A stretch of 64,000 nucleotides of DNA, from the NCBI GenBank assembly GCA_964234715.1, contig OZ174284.1; one strand, given 5' to 3'. Shown here one piece after another: positions 12,575 to 27,160 of this stretch; positions within the stretch are counted from its first letter, which is position 1; each line of letters opens with the position of its first letter. Position numbers and translations under genes: made by a program. The notes under the pieces are model-generated. The model made no database searches. It was not told where the DNA came from and saw only the letters and a list, made by a program, of their open reading frames with translations. Source of the stretch: Podarcis melisellensis (Eukaryota).

Positions 12575-15138
12575 TAATTCTAAACTATGGTTTAGCATTA
12601 CTGTGTGTGTAAATGTAGCTTTCGTATCCTTGTGAGGACACTTCAGGAAGATCATTCATTTGAAAATAAAGGCCACCATCCAATACAGTAAAACAGTCCA
12701 AGAATGTTATAAAAGCAAGGCTGATAATTTCTGGGTAAAAGCTGTATTTCTGGATTAGATATAAAATGGCCATGTTGTTCAGCTGATATTCTATAAATAC
12801 CAGAGGACTTGCTCCAGTAATAAGTACAATAAATGATATATTGTTCCACATTTATAAGGCTTGACCTCAGCAGTCAAATATTCTCCCTCATCCTGTTTTT
12901 TTCCTCCTGTGTGTCTGTTAGAAGATCATGGATTCAGAAGAGATGCATACAGTTTCAACATATTTGTGTATCAGCTCAGATTTCATCTAATTTTTTTAGA
13001 ATCAACCCTTAATTGTGGTTGAAATGAAACTGAGTATAAGCAATTTTGACTTTTAAAAAAACACCCCCCCAAAAAATTATCCACTCTTAACACATCTTTA
13101 GTGCATGGTTGAACAGCTATACGGTGACAAAAAGTGTTAGGGAATGTGCTCTACACAAGGTCTTGTGTTTGAGTAGTCATTAAAAAAGTTAAGATCACAG
13201 CCATTTTGGAGATGTAACTATCAACCTTAGCAGGTGTCAGATGCAGGTCTAAAATGGTTAACGCAATCTATTTACTGTATACAAATGAAGCCTGTAGTCA
13301 TGCATGTGCAACATAAAGTGAATTTGCAGTAATTATATCTGTGCTCACTTTTGTACCCCTGAATATAATGCCTGTTGTTTTGTTTTCATAGTCTGCCCGA
13401 AATTAAGAGTAGTTCTGAGTCATACTGAAGTAAAGCAAATTTATGTTACACAGTCTTGTCATCTATTGGGGGGAGATATTTCCAAACTTGAAAGTTGGTT
13501 GCTATATTTCATGGAATACATTTGTGTTTATATTGCTTTGCATGTGGTTGAAATGAGTTGGTCTCCAGTGTAAATTGAGGATTCATTGAGTTGTAATGCT
13601 GGTTAAGCCCTTCCTCCCGGATAAGTGAATATAACTGATATTTTAATAGTATCTAGAATCATAGTTGGCAAATTTAAGGCAAAGCTGTCTCAATCAGAGT
13701 AGCAATGTGGGTAAATCTCTATGTAAACAGTTTATATAGAGAAAGTGATGCAAGGCAGCTGGTTTTCAGTGATGGCTATAGTTGTCATTCAGCTCACATT
13801 TAGAATGTACGTACAGTAATTGTAGCAATAGTGGATGCTGCAGTGATGTGCAGAAGTAGTAAAACTAAACTTTGGCTCCTTGCAGTTCAGAAATTTTACA
13901 AGCTTTTATTTTAATTTTGCAAATTTAATATTGTGAAGGTCTGGTTCACATGTCGCTTTAACATGTTACTTAAGCTTAATTGCAGTTTAAATTTGAACAT
14001 GGTTCATGGTGTGAACATTATAGGAGCTCCACTCTTTTCCCTGCTCCTGCTTTCCTTCCCGGAGATATGCCATGTTTGGGCTTAGTGTTGCAGGGCTCAT
14101 GTTTGTCTCTTTTCAAGCAAACCAAAAGCTTATAACCACGGTTTGTTCTTGGCATAGTGCCTATGATTTGTTGGGAGCAGATTAACTATGAGCCTGGGTT
14201 TTACATAACTTGAAGCCGAACCATTGCTTGGCTCCTGCCAATGTGGCTATAGTGGTGGAGGAGCAAAGTGCCTGTAATATTTGGTTTGTTTACCATGTAT
14301 TCAAATCTAAAAGTTGTGGGAAGGCTAGAATATCAATAAACTGTATTAGCGCCATTACTCTGACTGTGGTAAAATACATCCGTCAACAGAGTAGCTCTAA
14401 TTTTCTCAATGATTAGATATAGGGTTCATAGTCATTGATGCCTTCTGAAGGGGAGCCCCACCACTGCTTGTTCCTTGCAGTGTTCTTCTTGGTTGTTGTG
14501 TTGTTCATATTTTCATTTTAAAAAATGCTTTCTATCTGATCTGCAACACATAGCTTTGTTTCTTATCCTTTTTAAATGGCGGATTTCTGTGTTTTTTTTA
14601 GGACTTGGGAACTCTTGGGATCTGCTTTGCTGATGGAATAAACTGTGTTTTAAACACAGAATTGAAATTTAGGGAACAACTCGCACCTGCCAATTTGTAT
14701 CAAATTAAGATCAAACCACAGTGAGCTATACTTAAGATAATCTCTCATGAAATTGGCTTGCTCTGAAATATAAGATGACATTTATTTTTTATCTCTGTTT
14801 CTTCAATGCAGAATATAAGTACAGTGCCATTCTATATCACATTTTGCTTATTGTTCTAGCTGTCCCTTTCCCAAGGATATATTAGAGCTTTAAAAAATAT
14901 AGGTAAGTCATTAAAATGGTTAAGAGCTTGGAGGACCTTGTGAGGAAGAGCTTTTGGGTTGGCTTTTTAGCATAGAGAACAGCTTAGAGATTGGCGTGTT
15001 TATAAAACTCCAAATGGATGTGAAAAGCTGAACTTTTTCTTCCTTTATTTGATCCAGCTTGCACGTAATGCTAAGCAATTGTTGAGTGCTATACACATGT
15101 TGGAATAAGCCTGCATTAAGCCAACCTCCCATCCGATA

Positions 15139-15351
15139 CAGTCATACCTCATGTTACGTTCTTTCAGGTTACGTCCCGCGGCGACCCGGAAGTCCCGGAA
15201 AGGGTTACTTCCGGGTTTCGCTGCTTTCGCACGCACAGAAGCTCCAAATCGCGCCACACACCTGCGCAGATACGGCGCTTCAGATTACGCTCTTTTCATG
15301 TTGCGAATGGGCCTCTGGAACGGATCCCGTTTGCAACCAGAGGTACCACTG
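15139..15351. mobile_element. Tc1/mariner-type MITE, related TIR, CpG-rich interior
   Basis: TA|CAGTCATACCTC...GAGGTACCACTG|TA; different interior from family A. Confidence 0.8.
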
Positions 15352-17619
15352 TACTCATGTCTGGTTAGGAGAAAGACTTCTGAAAGCTTTAGTTTCACTT
15401 TCCACAAATCATGATTTGTGACTGCAGATGAACTTGAATTGTAGTTTAAACAAACTCTGGCCAGCTTCAAAGCAAGCCAATTTCAAAACATAGGTTATGA
15501 AAGCTCACTTATTTAGCTAACTAGAGTTTGGCTATGGGTTTACATGGGATTAAGATAAACAATATATATCACACATCCATCCTGTAAGCCTTTTCTTACT
15601 ACTCTCAGACTTTGAATTATTGAATCACTTATTTTGAACCAGTCCCTGGTATTTGTGTGTAAATAATCAGTTTTGTATTTTAGGTCCAGAATGTTAAGGT
15701 TTGGGTTTGATTCATTTCAGAAAACAATCCTTTTAACAATATTTTATTTTATTTGGAATTTGGAATTGGATTCAGGTTTAGGTTTAGTTTTGCTTTAAAT
15801 AATTTTTTGTGGATCAGCTAGTTACCTGCCACTTATGCCTATTGTCTATTTCAACTGTCTTACTTACCTTTACAGTAAAGTCTCCAGGATTTTACATTGC
15901 CTTAAAATCAAGCTGGGGCATGTTCATTTGGATGAAAACTATATTCTGTGAGACATCATTAAACTTTCAGGCACTGTTAATGTGGCAGGTTTAACAGGAC
16001 AGCCTTGATTCCTGGCCATTTTAAATTAAATGCATTTAACAGTGTTGCCAGTTAATGGTAACCTTGTAGTATGAGCTTGTGCTCTTGCCTGACCAATTGA
16101 CCTGTGTTGCTTTCTACCTACGTTTCACTTCTGATCATCTAGCCCTGCTTTGTCAGCAAGCTGCTTTTGGCCCTGCTCTTTTGACCATAATAAAACTTTG
16201 ATTCTTGATCCTTGTTAGGACAGATAGCTCATAAATGATAAACCATAAATATTTCTATTAAAATCTGCAGTCCAGTCTGATTATCTTAACGATTTGAACA
16301 TTTACACTTATGTAACGTTCATCTGTTAATAGCAGCTTTTTTGGTTTGTTGTCAGGTCTGATCATATTTTTAGGTCATCTGAACAATTTTGTAGTAAATC
16401 TTTACATTTTGTAAATATTGAGTATCCTCTGTTGATTGTTCTTACTTACATTTTAATATGGACATGTCTGTCAAAGGCTGACTACCTTAGACTTTACTTA
16501 AATTCAGTTTGGGATACCTCTGCTTGTGAGTTTGCAAAGAAGCATTGTACTAACACATACTGCCTTTTCTGTAGGCCTATAGATGCATGTGGCTTTTTTT
16601 TAAGGCTGGTTTAAAATTATATTGAAATAATCTGTTTGACTTGGGCTGAAATGCACACTGGTAAAGAGGCATGCAAGCTGGTGTGAAAATGTAAAGGTAT
16701 TAAATATATTGGGTGCTTACCAGCTGCTCATTCTTTATACCCTGATGGGAAAAAAGTTAATTTTGGAAGAAGAAATGCAATCAGATTTTGTATGTATCAC
16801 AAAACTTCCTGTGCCATATTTAGTTCTTGACATTGCCCTTTGTGGTTTTAGGTGAGCAGCGCGTTGTGGTATTTAGAACTATCTTTGCGGGGTAAAACCT
16901 TCATCTTGCTCACATTTGTTTGCTTACAGTTAACACACTAACCAACAGCATGCTGCAGTGGTTTGCACGGTGGAAATTGCTGAGGATGCATTAAGCATAG
17001 TTTCTAACTTTGGTGCTTTTCATTTGCATGTTGCCTCAGTTTACAGCCATTCTTCTTTGTGAAGCACTAGATCTTGAAGTGTTGGTATTTTTCTTTCTTT
17101 CACAGAATTTATTCAGTCCTCGCTTACTAATGAGGATATGAAAGCAGGGTCTGATTAGCTTACTAACCTGGTTTTTTTAAAGTCTGGTTTCATATTATGC
17201 TTAATAAATAGAGATGGAACCACTGTTTCCCCATTTGGTTGTAGCAGAAACTGTAGTTCAGAGTTTTAACAGGATCTAACACCGGGGTGGGCAGACTTAA
17301 AGTCTGGTGGGATCTATTTTACTTGAACCTTAAGGATTCTGCTCACCTCTGGCCTAATAGATACATTGGTTTCTGCATGTTCCCATGTTACCTATCCTAC
17401 CTGAGTAAAACAGACATTGTCTTTCAAGTTTTAAAAACACTTCTAAATCTTAAGATGAGAAGAAATCATATGTACCTCATTTAACTGGCTTGGCAATTAT
17501 CTTGATGTTATGTTGAAGTAACTGTAGAAGCCAAGCAAAGTGAAGTGCTGTCTGTTTGACTGCAGAGCTGTAAACAAGTATGTGCATGAGCTTCTCTGAA
17601 TAAGTATATTTGCTTTATA

Positions 17620-17789
17620 CAGTGGTACCTCGGATTAAGAACTTAATTAGTTCTGAAGGTCCATTCTTAACCTGAGGTACCACTTTAGCTAATGAGGCCG
17701 CCTGCTGCCGCGCGATTTCTGTTCTCATCCTGAAGCAAAGTGTTAGCAGAGTCTGTAACCTGAAGCATCTGTAACCCGAGGTACCACTG
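17620..17789 (+). mobile_element. Tc1/mariner-type MITE, family A, internally deleted
   Basis: TA|CAGTGGTACCTCGG...CCGAGGTACCACTG|TA; collinear with 6636 and 53574 but missing blocks between repeated ttaacctgaag/gcaaag units. Confidence 0.9.
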
Positions 17790-19616
17790 TACAGTACTCA
17801 ATGCAAGACTTGAAGATAAGTACAAAAAATGCACAGCATGCAGTAAACTTGCTCAGCTTGCTCACCTCCCCTTATTGCAGTTACAAAATTGCCCTGGGGG
17901 AAGTGGCTAAAATTGCTGTAGGTGAATGTCTGAAATGAAAGTAAAATGTATGCAACTCTCTATCCTGTAGGTGATTGTTCTTTCAGAAATATGAAAATGA
18001 AACTTCCATTATCAGTTGTCTGTGTTATAATTACAGTTTTGACATATTAAATTCTAACCCAGAAGCTTCAGGGTTTCTCAAATGATTGAATATAAACAGA
18101 AAAAACTATAGCAATATTTCTAGATGGTACTTCAGGAAAACCTCTGACAAACTTTTGAACAACTCAAATTACAGCATTTAAATGAGTCACTAGAGAGGCC
18201 AGCCCTTTGTTCAACCTTCATTGCACCTGTAGAAATAGATTAAGTATTTGCCATGTAAATGTTCGTTTTCAGGTTTCTACAAAGCAGGGAACAACCATAT
18301 TTTTAATTAGTTTAACAGGATCTATGTACCGCGTAATCATCAAAACTTCTATGCAATTTAGATAATTAATTCATTTTAAAGTTGCTATTATGAAATACTT
18401 TCTACTCATTTATTTAATAAAATTTGCATATCACTGGACTGCAGAAAAACAATCTTATCTCTGGGCTTCTATTCAGTAGATTCATAAAGGTCATGATATA
18501 TAGATTTTGATATATGGCTGGATCTAGCTTCAATTTGGCCATGGCTTGCTCAGTGGCCTGTATGTTTTTCCAGTCTTGGTATATTTCCAGTCTGCTTCCT
18601 TTCCATACTTTCATCTTAAAATTTCTCAGTTGCCCTCAGAAATGGAAACTTTTAAAAAAAGTTTTCTTTAAAATTCTCTTTTATTCATTTTCATCTTTAA
18701 GCTGTTTAATGTGGTTGCATTAAGATACATCTTTTTTACATAAGAACATATGACATGCAACAATTACATAAAATTAAAATTAAACAACTATAAACACTCA
18801 GATAAACGTTAATAAATATATTAACAAAGTTATGTTGAAGTGTATCTCTCAAAATTATTACAATTGGTACATATATGAAATGATATATAGTAATGTGTAT
18901 TGCTTAGATTGCTGACCATAAGTAAAAGGTATTTTGTATCAATAAACAAACTAAACAATTGTCATCTAATAAAGATGCCAATGAAGAGGTTTTAGGTGAA
19001 AAAGATGGTTTATTGATCCTAGATTCCTAAGCATGCATTTATTACATAGGATTCTTCTCCATAAACTGTTTTTCTCATCTCTTTACCTATATACATAATA
19101 GGTTTTTGATGTTTGTCTTAACTGAACAAGATATTAAACATGAAAGGAAATGGAATAGTAGTTTTGATTTTAAAAAGCTAAAGCAATTAGACAGGCTAAT
19201 TTAGTCTTGTCGTAATGAGTTTGTAGGTGTTTGCTTGTGAACCAAGCAAAGGCCAGCTAACAAAATCTGAGGCTGCTCTGTATAGACTTATTACAGAACA
19301 TTCTTAAAGCCAGTTGACACATGCATGCCTGTCATTTTTAATCTCATCACTTGATTACTCAACACTTGATGGCATGATCCTTTAGATAATCATCACTGCC
19401 TATTTATATTTTATTGAAAACTTGTGATTTTAACTAATCTCGTAGTTTTATTGACTTTTTTCTTAGTCAACCTATGCTTCAGCATGGAGGAAGAGTGGGA
19501 TTCAAAAATACAAAATAATTTAATGAAGCAGAATATACACTGACCACTGAAAAGCCTTTTGTTTGAGGTGATATAAGGTGGTGGTTGATTTATGATTGCT
19601 CAGTCACATGCAAGGA

Positions 19617-19857
19617 CAATGGTACCTTGGTTTTCAAGCATTATCCATTCCGGAAGTCCGTTCAACTTCCAAAATGTTTGAAAACCAATGCCTAGCTTCT
19701 GACTGGCGCAGGTGCCCTGGAAACAATAGCCGACAGCTGCATCGGATGTTCGGCTTCCCAAAAACATTCGAAAACTGGAACATTTACTTCTGGGTTTTCA
19801 GAATTCGGGAGCTGAAATGTTCAAGTACCAAGGCGTTTGAGAACCAAGGTTCCACTG
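19617..19857. mobile_element. Tc1/mariner-type MITE, related TIR
   Basis: CAATGGTACCTTGGTTTTCAA...TTGAGAACCAAGGTTCCACTG|TA. Confidence 0.8.
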
Positions 19858-21241
19858 TACTAGATTATACAGCTGTAAAGCCATTGAACATGAATGTGTT
19901 CAGTGCTCTATATTAGCTTGTTAAAAAACTATTCCCTATGTTAGCTTGTTAGCTTCTTGTTCTGTGTTAGCTTGTTAAGAGATTATGGGTTTTGTTTTTG
20001 TAAATTAATGGACTTAATTTAACTGCTCTGTGGCATTTTGTGTGTAAAATCTTTTCCCCCTGTCTTGTTGAGAGTTCTGCTTTCTACCTTGTTCTCTAAA
20101 ACAAAGCAAAAAACACATTTCTGCTTTGCCACTCTAAATAGACATAATTTCATCAGCTGTGACTGTTAATTTTGTTTCTTGTGGAAATTTAAATGGCATA
20201 TGATTTTACTAAACACAATCAAGGTCTAAGGATTGGTGTGCAGTTTCACTGCTCAAAGGCTGTGGCTGTTACTTTGATAAAAATTCGAGACATCTGTTAG
20301 TCACAACGGTTCTGATACAGTTTTATTGGCAAACTATGAGGGAGGCTTAGTGCTGGAATGATGTAAGAATCCTTGGAAGAATTCTTGCTGGGGGAGGGGG
20401 GAGAAAACTACTTTGATTCCACCCCCACCCCCTTAATCATGATCATGGGGTTCTGATTATGTAGCTCCCAAACCATTTAGAAGGCTTAGTGTTAACAGAT
20501 CTAGGAATCTTTCCCCAATCTCATGAAGCATTTATGTAGTTGTAAAAGTCTTTTTAACAACATGGAAAAGCAGAACAGGAAGGAAATGTCACATTTTTAA
20601 TAGTCATTAAAGTAGTTTTAGTTTCTTCTAAAAACTGAACCAGGGGAGGGACAAGGCTTGAACTTCAATTTGGGCACATCAAGACTTGGCCTTTGGAACC
20701 TATTTTCAGTGCTCAGACAGGTGAAACAGTAGGTGTGTCTCTGTATATTCCTAACACTTTGCTTACCACTTGTTACTACAAGCATTTCCATATCTGGCAT
20801 TATCCAGACATCATTCCCAGACCAAAGGATACAACCTGCAGTTAAGTTTGAGCTGTTTCTACCATTTCTGAATACTGGGAAGGAAGCAACACAACCCACT
20901 GGTATGAAGGATAGTTTTAATTAGTGCCCAGTTCCTGGAAGGTGTCTTTCAACTTCCCCATTCAAATAAACCTGTGTTAAGTCAAACTTACTTGGAGAAA
21001 AGGTTGGAAGCTTAGAAATTCCTGTTGGCTATGTTAATTCATTTTGCGTTACATGCACTGTTGAACATAATGTGAAATTAAAAGTACCATAAAAAGTTAA
21101 GTGCCAGGTAACTCCACTGAAAACGGCCTTTAATGGGAGAACAAGCATGTTCCTAAATCTACTTGAATGGTTCTTAGAGGCAATTTTATGGAAGCAGAAA
21201 AAAAGGATTTTTGCTAGTGAAATCTGAAACATTTAAAAGTA

Positions 21242-21482
21242 CAGAGGTACCTCGGTTTACAAACTCAATACGTTCTGGAAGTCCGTTCTTAAACCAAAAC
21301 TGTTCTTAAACCGAGATGCGATTTCCCTAATGAGGCCCCCTGCTGCCGGTGCCCTTCCACCGTTCGGATTCCGTTCTTAGACCGAGGTAAAGTTCTCAAA
21401 CCAAGACACTATTTCCGGTTTTGCAGAGTTTGTAAACCAAATCGTTCTTAAACCGGACTGTTCTTAAACCGAGGTACTACTG
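21242..21482. mobile_element. Tc1/mariner-type MITE, related to family A
   Basis: TA|CAGAGGTACCTCGGTTTA...TAAACCGAGGTACTACTG|TA; shares the ctaatg.ggcc.cctgctgcc core with family A. Confidence 0.85.
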
Positions 21483-24400
21483 TAGTTGCTTGCACTACTC
21501 CTGACATTTAGTATCATATATTGGAAGGCTTAAAACTGTTCCTTTCAAATGATTTTACATATATATTAGGGTGTGAGTTAGGTTTTTGTTTCCTAAAGTT
21601 ACTGCTGTATTTTATTATTCTGAATAAAAACATGGTAATTTCTTTTTGTGTGCTCTGTGATTAACTATGGAGTTCTATGTTAGTATGAATTCTGTGCATG
21701 GCGAGCATTTTTATTTTTACCTGCAAGAAACACAAATAGATGGCTTATGTGGCTTTAATATGTTGGATGCTGAAATTTTGTGGAATATCAACAACTTTGG
21801 CTCGCTTCCTAGTTGCATTGAATTTGACCCAAATAAAAATAGCAGTGAGTAGACAAAGGGTGAAGGTTATTGGAAGAATTTTTTTATCAGTAATATTTTG
21901 GCATGGGCATTGCTCTGAATGATGTAGTAGCATACAGTGAAAGTGCTTCACTTGTGATAGTGTGTTCTCCCAATTGTGTTGTGCGAGCACTAAAATTAAT
22001 GCAGTTCTTTTAGTCTGCATTTTTGTGTGTATCTTTAAATGTTTGTTACTCAATGAGCCCAAGCGATAGTGCTAGAAAAAAAAGTTAAAATATAAAAAGA
22101 AGTAGTCTTGTGGTGGTGACTGACAGTGATATTCTGCATTGGTTAGAGCTAGTGGGTTAAGGTTAAGCCTGTAAAAGTTTGGATTGTAATGGGGGCATAT
22201 AGGGAGGAAAAGCTGTTATATTTTGTTGAAGCTGCTTTGTAGCCAATTGTAGCAGTCTTGTAAATAAGCCCATGAAAGTTACTTACATGTGGCAGGTGGG
22301 GAGGATAATTTCTAGCCAGGGTGGGGGGCTGGTTGAAGTGGGATGAAGAGCTCTGCCCCTTACACTTTTATGCATGGCAACCTGCATGATTTCTATTCTG
22401 TGTGTAGAGAAGTGATAGATTTGCCAGCCTATTCACTCAGCTGTGCAGTTCCTTGTCAGCTTATGGCTACTAGGCAAGTCTTAAATGTGCTGAAATATAA
22501 GGCTGGATTATAGTTAGGTACTTAATATATACTGAGCTCAATGTTCCCAGCTGAAGCTCTTGATTTTCTCATGGTGAGCAAACTGGCAGTATACCCTTTT
22601 GGAATAATTTTAAGTTAAATAAACCATAAGTACTATCTGAATTTGAAAATGTCTGTTGTGAAAATACAAAACTTTCCAGTTGAACTTGAAATAAGTCAGA
22701 ATTGTAACTCGGGCACCGAAAGCTGCTTGACAGTAGTGTGTTTCTTTTGACTAAATCCACTTTACAGATTTAATCCTGTTGCAGAAAGGATTTTAATGAG
22801 ACTTCTGAAAATATAGTAAATGTAGCAAATTATTGGAATAAAGTTGGAATAAGCAAACTAAGTTTTTGCAAATTGCATGTTGCAGAGATCCCATAGGGTT
22901 CACTTTTTCACGAGATGTGATATATAAATTTAATAATCGTAAACGTAACCTACATGCATTGGCTGTTATTGGCATTGGTTTGGCAGGTCTTGTGGCCAAA
23001 CGCCCATCGTGGTGTGGATGTGATGCCAACTCACAGAAGGCACTATACTGGAAGTGTAGATGACCACGCCAAGCAACCTAAATCTTGTATTTTCTCCCTT
23101 CTCCCTGCTGGTGCTACTTTAAGTGGGTTGCTTCACATTACTTCATGATAGGGTGTGTCCTGGGTAGGAGCTGTATAGAAATTGTGATTATACACAAAAC
23201 TCTGAGATTGTTGCTGCGGGTCATGTATTTTCAGTTTCTTGATAGGTAGACAAGGAGCGCTGTCTTATAGCTGCTGACACTGGGACTGGCTGTAGACTAC
23301 CCTTTGCGGGAGTTAGTACCAGAGGTGGTGTTAAGAGTGGCAATGATTCATTGTGTATTTATGGTGTGCTTTAGCTGGCATTAGTGGGATGTGATCACAT
23401 ATTCACAAATGGTCTTGTGGTGTTTTAACAATGGTTATAGCTGCTGCTTCTGCTACCACTAGTGTTTATTCAGTAAACATTTGTGGTAGAAATTGTGCAT
23501 CACAAGTTGTGCTGTTAAAATATGACTACGTAGATGAAGTCAAGTAGTTTGAAGCCTATAGATGTCTTTTTTATGTTTCTGGCAAGATGCCTTTGTGCAT
23601 AGTGATAAACAAAATGCACATCTAACTGCCTAAGATGTGGTTACAAAGCCACCTATGCTCCAAATTTTTCCGAAAGTTTTATTTCTAGGATATTAGCCAT
23701 GGAGATCAGATTAGCTTCCCTAACATCGCATAGGACATTTGTTGTGAACAGCATGCCAACTTTTGCATTCCAGTGTTATGTAACACTTTATTGCTTTTTG
23801 AAGGAACTTAGAGGACTCGGTTGTGTAACCAGTGTTGTAGAGATTGGCATGGTAGCAGTTTGACCTTCACATATAACGTTTCTTTTAAAAGGTATGGGAT
23901 TTGTTAGCCTGCTTCATAAAAAATGCAAAAGCTGACCTCTAAAATAATACCTCCCATTCCTTCTTGAAGTGATATATTTATATTATTTTGAAGTTGTAAA
24001 GGATTCTTCACTCTACTAACACATTCTTTTGCAGGATGGCCAATACTTTCCATCGTTCCTGGAAGAGGAAAATACAGATTCAGTCATCCTTTTGAATACT
24101 TATTGGGGAGCAGTGAACAGAATGAAAACTCATTAGCATTTAATACTTTGCTGCTTTATATCTGGCAATTTCAGTTTGTCTTTAAGAATATATCAATGCG
24201 CAGTTCAGAATAGTAAACACAGTGTGTCTAAAAACTTCTTAATTCTTTGGAATTTCAGAATTCTTTTTATTTCATACGCAATATTCAGCATAAACTTTAA
24301 TTATTTCTCTATTTCTTAGCATGTAATATACACAGCTTGGCTGTGACAACTAAACTGCAATTTGAAAGGCGGGCATTGTGGTTGTGGTAGGGCTGGTCAT

Positions 24401-24847
24401 TTATATTTTAAAAGAGAAATGCTAATAGTGTTTGTTTTCATCTTCCCCATTTCTTCTCACATTGAGATTTGCAACTTGTCTATGGTGAATTATACCATCT
24501 TCAGAGATTCACAAAAGACTTAAGTGGGGCAGAAGGAAGGTAATAAGCAGTGTTAGAAATTAGCCAGGTGCATTTTGCTACTGGCGTGGGTCTAGTTGCG
24601 GCCACATGAAATCCATATTGTGATATTGGTTCCATAATTTTTAATCATACATGCAGTATGCAAAAATCCCAGTGTGTTAAAAACTCTGAAGCTAGCCAAT
24701 GCTTCTATTTAGCTCATCCTTGTTTCAGAGATTGTGACATAGCCATATATCACAATGTTGAAAACCAGATATCACCCAGCCCTAATCTCTAGATGCCAGG
24801 TTGGTGACTGAGATCTCCAGCTTTCTTAACCAGGTAAGCAGAAGAGC

Positions 24848-25042
24848 TTATTTATGCATTTATATCCCACCTTTTTCTCCAAGGAGTACATGGTTTACCT
24901 CCCCCCATTTAATCTCTATAAAGACCCTGTGAGGTAGGTTTAGAGGCCCAAGGTAACTCAGTGAGCTTCATGACAGTGGGGTTTCAAATCCTGATTTCCC
25001 AGGTTTTAGTCCAGTACTCTGACCACTTCACCACACTGGCTT
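24848..25042 (-). mobile_element. Ther1/MIR-derived squamate SINE (Squam3-like)
   Basis: Reverse strand: gccagtgtggtgaagtggtcagagtactggact (A box)...gaagctcactgag...cctacctcacaggg...gggatataaatgcataaataa tail. Confidence 0.75.
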
Positions 25043-26097
25043 CCTAGAGTACTTCTGCTATGGGGCAGCTATATAAATTAAGTAGGTAAATAAATATGGG
25101 GAAATTTTTACTTAGAGAAGGATCTGAAATATTTTCTTTGAAGCTTGAATTTGTTTTATTCTGGATTATTTTATTTGATGTTTTAATGTGTTGTAAACAG
25201 CTTTGAGATTTTTTCCCTTTAAAATATTAAGTGGTATAGAAATGAAAATAATCATCATCACACCACTTTAAAAAAGGCACCTAGACATCCACTGTGGCAA
25301 CCATAACCTAGGTTTAAGTTTCTGTTTGGTGATTAGCTTATATATTTGAGTTCCTAACACTGGTAATAAGATGTAGGGACTTGATTATATAGGCTCCTTG
25401 AACCATGACAACCTACAGAGTTCTGGTTTTGAATCCTGAGAAATATCCTCCAAACTGTTCTCATTCAGGCTTTTGAAAAATAGAATGGCGCAAAACCAAG
25501 GACAACATGTGCCTTAAAATACAAAGTAATGAGAAACAGACTTCTCTGTTGGTAAGACTGTGTATGAATAACATCATAGGTATCTTGCTGTATGATGCAT
25601 TTAGGTCATATTGTTCATCCTTAACAGTACTGACATTTCCTGGTCATTCTCTTGTTCTGTCCAGCATTCTTGCAGAATAACCAGTCTTTTACTTTGAATT
25701 CTCTTTCATCCTTACTGCACTTCATGTTTCCTTGTTTACACCCCATTCAGAAATATATAAAAATGCTACATGGCGCAATAATTAAATACTTCACAGATTC
25801 AAAACCATATCCTTTTGGCTTCCTTATCATTAGGCCTTATACACAATTACCACAGCAAACCTCTGAGTTATTCATAACACCAAATGTCTCTTTTGGTTAT
25901 GCAAGCTAAAAAAATAATGCCTTTGGACACATTAATCCACTAATCCTTACAACCACCCTGTAGGGCATATCAGTATTTTTAAAAACACAGTTTGGAAGGA
26001 CAGGTGAAAATGTATAATCTGTTTTTACTTGAAAGTAGTCAAGACAATTTAAGAGATTTAGAAGCAGCAATACAAACACCGCAACCACCTAAACAAG

Positions 26098-26138
26098 TAT
26101 TTATTTATTTATTTATTTATTTTATTTTATTTATTTAT
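26098..26138. repeat. (TTTA)n microsatellite
   Basis: Imperfect tattt/ttta array seen directly. Confidence 0.85.
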
Positions 26139-26440
26139 GGATTTCTTCCTGTTAAATAACTTTGAGAGCTTTCATAATAAAAACAACAATAAAAGCACAT
26201 AAAAATAATTTCAAGCATTAAAAACAATATGACATCCCTAGAGAGTGGGTTCTGGAGCTGTTTTACAGCTGAAAACTGAATTCCACTAGCACAGGAAAAT
26301 TCTAAATGGGATTCTCTTTGTTCCCTACATGCAAAGGCGTAAGCTTGTGCTGAGGCTCAGAGCTATCCAGTTAGTTTTTGTCTAGCTGTCAATTGATGGT
26401 AGCAGGCTGTGGGGGAAGAGGTGTTTCCAGTTCTTTTAAA

Positions 26441-27160
26441 AATATTTATATTTTATTATGATGATTTCAGTTAAAATAAATAACGTGATACAGAAAAAAG
26501 GGGAAAGTGAGAGGGAGGAAAAACAATAACAATGATACATTTAAAAACACAAATATACAAAAAAAGAAGCAATATACAATATTCCCATACATTCTTGTAT
26601 AAATTGGTATAGTGTTATTGTCCTGGTGCTTATGTAAATGTTAATAGCCTACGATATTATGTATAAACTCATTCCGAATTTTATCGTATTTATCCATACA
26701 GAGTCTGTGCCTGTAAGCAATCTGTTCATAAATTGCGAGTGATGTCATATCATCTGTCCATTGATGGAAAGTTGTCATATCTTTATTTTTCCAATTCCTC
26801 AATATCAATCTCTTGGCCCCCATTAGGGCACGGAAAATCCGTTTCCATTGTCTCGTTGATAATTTCCATACTGCAGGTATATAGTTCAATAAAATATTCG
26901 CTGCTGAAAGATTTAACTTTCTGCACAGTCATAGTTACACACTCCAGCAATTTCTCCCAAAACTTGTTAAGTAAAGAACACTGTACAAACGTGTTTCAGA
27001 GAGGCATTGTCCTTGCCACATCTCCAACACTGAACTGTCTTAGCTAACCCTTTTTTATACAACTGTAAAGGGGTCCAATAAACTCTAAATATTATTTTCT
27101 GTTGTATTAGTCTTAATTTTAAATGTAATGACTCCTTAGGTATTGAAGCTAATACATTTT
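26441..27160 (-). mobile_element. L1-clade LINE 3' fragment (ORF2 C-terminus + 3' UTR)
   Basis: Minus-strand translation gives ...YWTPLQLYKKGLAKTVQCWRCGKDNASLKH... (CCHC/zf-RVT region) and ...ALMGAKRLILRNWK...QWTDDM..., with frameshifts; A-rich end near 26445. Confidence 0.8.

Larger units (their letters stand above)
11805..12606. mobile_element. Old palindromic-ended repeat (AAACCATGGTTT family) hosting two nested MITEs
   Basis: Left end cacataatgttaaaccatggtttaatgctatgtgg is an imperfect inverted repeat of the interrupted right end ccatgta|attctaaactatggtttagcattactgtg. Related sequence at ~13940-14260, ~44700-45040 and ~55415-55570. Confidence 0.5.
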
